DNA of 64,000 bases, taken from contig JAZLBJ010000021.1 of NCBI GenBank assembly GCA_045613645.1, positions 10,020 to 74,019 on the forward strand. The letters run 5' to 3'. A program made the translations under genes and the position numbers. This DNA is from Alistipes sp. Lineage in GTDB: Bacteria > Bacteroidota > Bacteroidia > Bacteroidales > Rikenellaceae. Numbering within the stretch: the first letter of the stretch is position 1; every line of letters begins with the position of its first letter. This document shows, one piece after another, positions 58,072 to 64,000 of this stretch. Below the pieces are notes generated by a model. It did not search any database and was not told where the DNA came from. It saw nothing but the letters and a program-made list of their open reading frames with translations.

Positions 58072-59784
58072 CTACTTAGTGAGGGCCTGCGATATGTTGA
58101 TGATGTAATCACCCATACGCTCAATCTCAGCAAGTGTATCGAGGAAGTACACGCTCGACTGGTAGGAGCCATTACCCTGCTCCATCTTCAGGAGCTCAGC
58201 CTCACGAATCTCGTTGCGTAGCTCGTTGAGCTCAACCTCAATATCTACAGCCATGCGCATATCTAACTGCGAGAGCTCACTACTCTTGAGGTTTTTAATC
58301 ATGGTCTCATAAGCCCTATCAACCACCGAGAGCATCCTATCGAGCTGCGACAACTGCTCCGCTGTGAAGCTCTTAGAGTGGCTATTTCGGCGTCGAAGTA
58401 TGCGGCTGATTGACTCACCAGAGTCACCAAGACTCTCAAGCTCACCAATGATGCGATACATATGCTTTGTCTCGGTGCGTGTCTCATCCGAGATACTATC
58501 CTCGGGCAATGAGTTTAGGAACTGTGCAATCTCATACTCTATGCGGTCCGATATCTCCTCATACTTAACGAGCTTATCACACGCAGCATCGAAATCCTTG
58601 GCGTTATTTGCCTTGAGGGCCTTGCGTATAACATCCACACTACGGCTTGAGATCTCAGCAAAGTGAACCATCTCGTTGCGAGCCTGGTCAATAGAGAGCT
58701 CTGCGGTTGAGAGTGGACCAGCAGCGATATACTTGAGCTTTACATTATCGTCATCAGCCGTAGACTTATCCTTGATGAGGAACATCACCGCCTTCACGAA
58801 GTATGGCACAAACCATATGAGGAGACATGTGTTAAAGACATTGAACAAGGTATGAAGCATTGAGATACCATAGAGTGAAGCGGTCTCCTGCTCAGGGGTC
58901 ATGACAATATCTGCGCCGTGGACAATCTCCATAGGGTTAGGCAAGCCCATCCATGTGATTGATAGACCAACAAGCTTTAGGAATGGAACAAAGAGTGCCA
59001 AGGCCCATATCACACCAAAGACATTAAAGAGCGTGTGCGCCATGGCTGCGCGTCGTGCGTTGGCATTACCCACTGCAGCCGCAATATTTGCAGTAATTGT
59101 TGTACCGATATTCTCACCAAGTACCATTGCAGCACCCATCTCAAATGGTATCCATCCCATGTTCACCATGATAAGTGTGAGAGCCATGGTTGCCGACGAT
59201 GACTGCAACACGAGGGTCAACAGTGTGCCAAAGACAAGGAAGATAAGCACCGAGCCAAAGCCAAAGCTTGTCCAATCCTGGATGAAGGCGAGCACCTCGG
59301 GGGTCTCACGAAGATCGGGCACAGCCTCCTTCATGAGCGAGAGACCCAAGAAGAGGAGCGAGAAGCCAATAACAAGCTCGCTAACATGGCGACGCTTATC
59401 GCGCTTCGAGAGGCTAAGGATGAAGCCTACGGCCATAAGAGGGATGGCCAAAGCCGAAATATCTGACTTAAAGCCAAGCCATGCCACCAACCATGCGGTA
59501 ATAGTTGTACCGATGTTGGCACCCATGATAACACCGATAGACTGCGACAAGGTGAGAAGACCTGCATTAACAAAACCTACAGTCATCACCGTAGTTGCAG
59601 AAGAGGACTGTATCACTGAGGTGATACCCAGACCTGTCAGAACACCCTTGAAGGGGTTAGATGTCATTGCTGTAAGGAGGCCTCGCATCTTGCTACCAGC
59701 CGCCTTCTGCAAACCTGAGCTCATAAGGTTCATTCCGTAGAGGAACATACCCAAGGCTCCCAATAGTTGTAAAACTTGCATCAT
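58072..59784 (-). CDS. Na/Pi cotransporter family protein with PhoU-like C-terminus
   Basis: Two QSSSAT repeats, GANIGTT/GENIGTT, ELESLGD/EIERMGD. Confidence 0.93.
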   Translation of the reverse strand: MMQVLQLLGALGMFLYGMNLMSSGLQKAAGSKMRGLLTAMTSNPFKGVLTGLGITSVIQSSSATTVMTVGFVNAGLLTLSQSIGVIMGANIGTTITAWLVAWLGFKSDISALAIPLMAVGFILSLSKRDKRRHVSELVIGFSLLFLGLSLMKEAVPDLRETPEVLAFIQDWTSFGFGSVLIFLVFGTLLTLVLQSSSATMALTLIMVNMGWIPFEMGAAMVLGENIGTTITANIAAAVGNANARRAAMAHTLFNVFGVIWALALFVPFLKLVGLSITWMGLPNPMEIVHGADIVMTPEQETASLYGISMLHTLFNVFNTCLLIWFVPYFVKAVMFLIKDKSTADDDNVKLKYIAAGPLSTAELSIDQARNEMVHFAEISSRSVDVIRKALKANNAKDFDAACDKLVKYEEISDRIEYEIAQFLNSLPEDSISDETRTETKHMYRIIGELESLGDSGESISRILRRRNSHSKSFTAEQLSQLDRMLSVVDRAYETMIKNLKSSELSQLDMRMAVDIEVELNELRNEIREAELLKMEQGNGSYQSSVYFLDTLAEIERMGDYIINISQALTK

Positions 59785-59978
59785 AATATATAAATTTGTC
59801 TTTTAATCTAAGTCTTAAAACGCCTCCGAGACCTATTACACCTCAAAGACAAGGCAAATATAGATAGCAAAAAAATGAATAGCAATAGCTGAAAAAAAAT
59901 GTAACAAGAATTTAACTTCGTTGAAAAAATATTGCAACAAAACCAATGTAGGTGTAACAATTTCGACACAAAAGATAC

Positions 59979-60007
59979 GGGGTAGTGACATCAAATGCCA
60001 CTACCCC
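59979..60007 (-). terminator. Terminator after the GT2 gene
   Basis: GGGGTAGTG...CACTACCCC stem. Confidence 0.65.
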
Positions 60008-60031
60008 ACACTCATATTTGAATAGATGTTT

Positions 60032-60931
60032 CTATGATTTCTTGCCGCAAAAAAGGCCCTTGGATATGTTGTATCGCATCTTTAGCAGATAGCGCGACTG
60101 CTGAGGTCTGTAGGCTAAGCAAAGAAGGAGTGTTGCTCCCCACTTGGCAACCTCGGCAAGATAGGCGCGAAACACTCTACCTCGACTCTTAGCACGCATA
60201 CGCTGCGACACACCCACATTAAAGAAGAGCTTTTTGGTGTACTCCTCGGTTAGTTTCTCGTCATAGATGCGGTGGTAAATCATGGCACGAGGTACATAGT
60301 ATATAGGTAGGTTGCGTCTACGCATACGCTCTACGAGGTCACACTCCTCACCACCAATGAGAGTTGCACCCTTACGTCCAAGTTCGGTATCGAAGAGCCC
60401 TATCTGCTCGAAGACAACGCTGCGCACAGCCATATTACCGCCACCAGGACACTTACTACGCGGAAAAGGCTTGATATAGTCGCCCAGATAGAGAGGGTTG
60501 GCAATGGGGCGAGCTACATATTGCGACATCCAACGAGGACGACCCGACTGATAATCAGCCACTATACGACCACCAGCCGCCATAGCCTCGGGATAGCGGT
60601 CGAAGAGGTTTATGTAGCGTAGAACGAAGTCTCTAACCACACTCTCATCGTCGTCGATAAAGGCTATAATATCTCCCTTGCTTAGAGCTATGCCACAGTT
60701 ACGGGCATGCGATAGTCCCTGTTTAGGCTCAAAAGCATAGCGCATATTAACCTCGGGATGCTGGGCTATGAAGGTCTCGACAGTCAGATGTGTATCGTCC
60801 TGCGAATTGTTATCCACCACTATGCACTCCCATAGCGAGGAGTCTACACGCTGTGCGGCAACACTCTCGAGTGTTGTCAGCAGTTGACTCGAACGATTGT
60901 ATGTGGGGATGACAAGAGAGAGGCGTACCAT
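60032..60931 (-). CDS. Glycosyltransferase family 2
   Basis: VIPTYNR, VDNNSQD, GLSHARN, FIDDD, GGEE. Confidence 0.92.
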   Translation of the reverse strand: MVRLSLVIPTYNRSSQLLTTLESVAAQRVDSSLWECIVVDNNSQDDTHLTVETFIAQHPEVNMRYAFEPKQGLSHARNCGIALSKGDIIAFIDDDESVVRDFVLRYINLFDRYPEAMAAGGRIVADYQSGRPRWMSQYVARPIANPLYLGDYIKPFPRSKCPGGGNMAVRSVVFEQIGLFDTELGRKGATLIGGEECDLVERMRRRNLPIYYVPRAMIYHRIYDEKLTEEYTKKLFFNVGVSQRMRAKSRGRVFRAYLAEVAKWGATLLLCLAYRPQQSRYLLKMRYNISKGLFCGKKS

Positions 60932-60997
60932 AGTTTTAGATCTACATATATTTTTGCAAAGTTAACAAAAAAAAGTAAAATTGGCTATCTTTGCACT

Positions 60998-61657
60998 ATG
61001 AAATATAGTTTAGTAATCTTCGATTTGGATGGCACGCTGCTAAATACCATAGGTGACTTGGCAGCTTCGGTGGACTATGTCATGCGTAGTCGCAACCTCC
61101 CTGAGCATAGCGACGCAGAGTATAGAGCGATGGTTGGCGGAGGCATCAAGCGCCTTGTGGAGCGCGCACTACCCCCACATTTGGCAAGCGACAACGCCTA
61201 TGTCGAGGAGTGTGTAACGCAGTTTCGCCGCTACTATGTAGAGAACATAGACCGTTATACCCTACCATATGAGGGCATGCATGAGCTACTATGCTCGCTA
61301 CGCCGCGAGGGCGTGGCTGTGGCTGTGGCATCCAACAAGTTTCAGCATGGCACCGACCGCCTTGTGGCCAAGTTCTTTGGCGACATCGACTTTGTAGCCA
61401 TTGAGGGTAATCGCGAGGGAGCACCCCTCAAGCCTGACCCTGCCATACTACACAACATACTCAACATTGCGGGTGTGGAGCCAACGAAGGCGGTGATGAT
61501 TGGCGACTCGGGTATCGACATACAGACGGCCCAGGCCGCGGGCATAGATGTCATTGCCGTAGCCTGGGGATTCCGTTTCGTTGAGGAGCTATACGCCGCA
61601 GGGGCCACCAAGGTGGCCACAACAGCCGAGGAGCTACGCCAATTTATCGAGGCTTAG
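60998..61657 (+). CDS. HAD family hydrolase (phosphoglycolate phosphatase-like)
   Basis: FDLDGTL, ASNK, KPDP, IGDSGID. Start at MKYSLV. Confidence 0.9.
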   Translation: MKYSLVIFDLDGTLLNTIGDLAASVDYVMRSRNLPEHSDAEYRAMVGGGIKRLVERALPPHLASDNAYVEECVTQFRRYYVENIDRYTLPYEGMHELLCSLRREGVAVAVASNKFQHGTDRLVAKFFGDIDFVAIEGNREGAPLKPDPAILHNILNIAGVEPTKAVMIGDSGIDIQTAQAAGIDVIAVAWGFRFVEELYAAGATKVATTAEELRQFIEA

Positions 61658-61665
61658 CAGAGACC

Positions 61666-62808
61666 CTAAGCATGACAATATAGGCGCACCTCGTTGGCCG
61701 TGATACGCTCATCACTAAGGATTATGAGTCGCTCGACAACATTGTGCAACTCCCTAATATTACCCGTCCAACGACAGTGCGATAGTATGTCTATGGCATC
61801 GTTGTCTATGCCCTTTATGGCCATGGCGTGACGCGAGCATATCTCGGCAATGAAGTGGTCGACAAGAAGGCCTATATCGCCCTGACGCTCACGCAAGGGT
61901 GGCACATCTATTTCTATGACACTGAGGCGGTGATATAGGTCCTCACGGAAGTGGCCGAGTTCTATCTCGTGGCGTATATCCTTATTTGTTGCCGCCACCA
62001 CACGCACATCTACGGGGATGTCCCTATCGCCACCCACACGCGTAATCTTATTCTCCTGCAAGGCACGCAGCACCTTAGCCTGTGCCGATAGCGACATATC
62101 ACCAATCTCATCCATGAAGAGCGTACCACCATCAGCAAGCTCGAACTTACCCTTACGCTGTCGTACAGCAGAGGTAAACGACCCCTTCTCGTGGCCAAAG
62201 AGTTCACTCTCGATAAGTTCCGAGGGTATGGCAGCACAGTTGACCTCAACAAAAGGGGCTTGGGCGCGGTTGCTCTCCAGGTGTAGCCAACGAGCAACAA
62301 GCTCCTTGCCTGTGCCATTCTCTCCAAGTACCAACACACGAGCATCCGACGGAGCTACACGATGTATCATCATACGCACATGCTCTATGGCCTCGGAGCA
62401 CCCTATGATTGGCTGTGTGGCACAATTCGTGCGTCTTGAGGGGGTGCGCTGCGACGGACGACTGCGACACACCTCATCGCCACCATCCAACATACTAAGA
62501 CTACGCAGTCGCCACAACAGGCGATTCATGTCAATGGGCGTTGTGAGGTAGTCGATAGCACCGCCACGCACAGCCTCAAGAGCTGACTCTACGCTGGGCT
62601 CCTGGCCGATGACAATCTTCGGTAGATCTATGTCACATGGTGCTATGTCGCTACCTACGATAAGGGCATCGCAAGGCGTGGTGCGACATATCTCGTGAGC
62701 CGACTGCTCGTTGTCAGCCTCAAGGGTGACAAAATTTTCGAACTTAAGGCGCTCCACCAGAGAGTTGCGAAGGCTTTTAGAGTGAAAGAGGAGTAAAATT
62801 TTTATCAT
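61666..62808 (-). CDS. Sigma-54 interaction domain regulator with a degenerate receiver domain
   Basis: GENGTGKE, ESELFGHEKGSFTSA, LFMDEIG, FREDLY, WTGNIREL; no C-terminal HTH evident. Confidence 0.88.
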   Translation of the reverse strand: MIKILLLFHSKSLRNSLVERLKFENFVTLEADNEQSAHEICRTTPCDALIVGSDIAPCDIDLPKIVIGQEPSVESALEAVRGGAIDYLTTPIDMNRLLWRLRSLSMLDGGDEVCRSRPSQRTPSRRTNCATQPIIGCSEAIEHVRMMIHRVAPSDARVLVLGENGTGKELVARWLHLESNRAQAPFVEVNCAAIPSELIESELFGHEKGSFTSAVRQRKGKFELADGGTLFMDEIGDMSLSAQAKVLRALQENKITRVGGDRDIPVDVRVVAATNKDIRHEIELGHFREDLYHRLSVIEIDVPPLRERQGDIGLLVDHFIAEICSRHAMAIKGIDNDAIDILSHCRWTGNIRELHNVVERLIILSDERITANEVRLYCHA

Positions 62809-63040
62809 AGTTTGTTTTTGTGAAAAAATTGCATTTACTTTGTGGAGATAAACTCCGTTTATCATCGTCCTGCCACGACCTACTATGTTGTCAATGCAGG
62901 TGCATGGGAGTAAAATTTTGGATAAAGATTTCCCCTTTTATTCATTGTTGCAAACCAACAAGAGGATATTGAACCAAACACAACATATTTGTTGACCAAT
63001 ATTGCATTTTTATAGTTCATTGCTATATTCCAATACACCT

Positions 63041-63721
63041 ATGGAGATTAAAAAAAATTATAACTATACACGCCGTAAGCTATACCTTCCTGAGTATGGT
63101 CGCCACATCCAAGAGATGGTCGACTCGCTACTACTCATCGAGGATAGAGTGGAGCGTACCCGTCAGGCTAAGGCTGTCATCGCCGTAATGGGTAATCTCA
63201 ACCCCATGTTGCGCGACACCGAGGATTTCAAGCATAAGCTCTGGGATCACCTCTTCATAATGTCGGACTTCCAACTCGATGTCGACTCGCCATACGCACA
63301 ACCATCACGCCAAGACCTGATGATAACACCCCAAAAGTTGAAGTACCCTCAGTCGCGCATACTCTTCAAACACTACGGCAAGTACACCCAGCAGCTGGTG
63401 CGCGCCATTGCCGAGGAGCAGAAATCGCCACACACCGTAGCCAAAATCATGGAGGTGGCACGCTACATGCGTAGCAAGAGTTTCGAGTATAACAACGAGC
63501 ACCCCAATAACGAGGCCATAATTCGAGATATAAAGCTAATGGCTGGTGGTGAGTTTGATGCCGACTTCAGCGAGATTAGCACAATGCGTAGCGAGTATCA
63601 CCGCCACGCACAGCCACAGCGCAAACAGCAGCGAAAGCAGCAACCACAGCGCAACAATAATGGCCGTAAGCAGAATAAGAGCGCACACAAGAGTCAGCCA
63701 CGACACAGTGCCCACAAATAG
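63041..63721 (+). CDS. DUF4290 domain protein
   Basis: YNYTRRKLYLPEYGRHIQEMV, HKLWDHLFIMSDFQLDVDSPY; Q/K/R-rich tail. Confidence 0.85.
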   Translation: MEIKKNYNYTRRKLYLPEYGRHIQEMVDSLLLIEDRVERTRQAKAVIAVMGNLNPMLRDTEDFKHKLWDHLFIMSDFQLDVDSPYAQPSRQDLMITPQKLKYPQSRILFKHYGKYTQQLVRAIAEEQKSPHTVAKIMEVARYMRSKSFEYNNEHPNNEAIIRDIKLMAGGEFDADFSEISTMRSEYHRHAQPQRKQQRKQQPQRNNNGRKQNKSAHKSQPRHSAHK

Positions 63722-63758
63722 AGACAAACCCAACAACATAACACAAGCATAAATAGTG

Positions 63759-64000
63759 ATGAATAGATACCTTTTAGCTATTGCAATTTCATTAGTAACC
63801 CTTGTGGCATGCCAGGAGCAGCCAAAGGAGAGTGGCTCAGAGAGCCTAAAAACAACCATCTCAGGTAAGCTCGACAACACAGCTATTGCGAGCATCACCC
63901 TTGAGCGTATAGCCAACGACTTTGCATCAGCAGAGCAGATTGAGAGCCTTGCAGCTAAAGCCGATGGTGAGTTTAGCTTCAGCCTCGACATCCCAGCTGA
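63759..64000 (+). CDS. Lipoprotein, partial (runs off the window)
   Basis: Manual translation MNRYLLAIAISLVTLVAC-QEQPKE...TTISGKL...DGEFSFSL; open to the window end. Confidence 0.7.
   Translation, partial: MNRYLLAIAISLVTLVACQEQPKESGSESLKTTISGKLDNTAIASITLERIANDFASAEQIESLAAKADGEFSFSLDIPA

Noticed and set aside
58901-59740. 279-aa plus-strand ORF (and similar antisense ORFs throughout)
   Set aside because: Lies opposite a well-supported gene; typical codon-bias shadow ORF.
62810-63040. Possible ncRNA or riboswitch between the regulator and DUF4290
   Set aside because: I could not recognise a known motif or strong structure by eye; an Rfam/Infernal search would be needed.

Overview
Chromosomal segment from a Bacteroidales bacterium, probably Rikenellaceae/Alistipes-like. 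This is inferred from gene content, TAnnTTTG -7 promoter boxes and lipoprotein signals. Most of the window is housekeeping: deoC, an mce-mmd Na+-pumping methylmalonyl-CoA decarboxylase operon, meaB, pepC, dxr-rseP-radA, galM-gltX, ychF, trpS, oxyR, rsfS-ftsH-cdsA-psd and a Na/Pi cotransporter. There are also surface and envelope genes (EptA-like, Stealth, LicD, GT2, lipoproteins, beta-barrels, S8 protease). The most notable structure is at 13.5-15.75 kb. The last codons of the DUF2795 gene are duplicated 1.76 kb away (18 bp identical) inside a perfect inverted-repeat core. This defines a candidate att-bounded, integrase-less cassette carrying one BspA-type LRR gene with hypervariable repeat positions. 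It sits in tandem with an unannotated tyrosine-integrase C-terminal remnant fused to a sulfatase-maturase fragment. Other oddities: a carboxyltransferase with three tandem biotinyl domains, an FtsH with an acidic insertion, an apparently inactive M23 protein, a pseudo-receiver sigma54-type regulator, an SDR remnant and several REP/MITE-like or 10-bp-period repeats. I saw no rRNA, tRNA or CRISPR array. All calls are from reading the sequence by eye; no searches were run.
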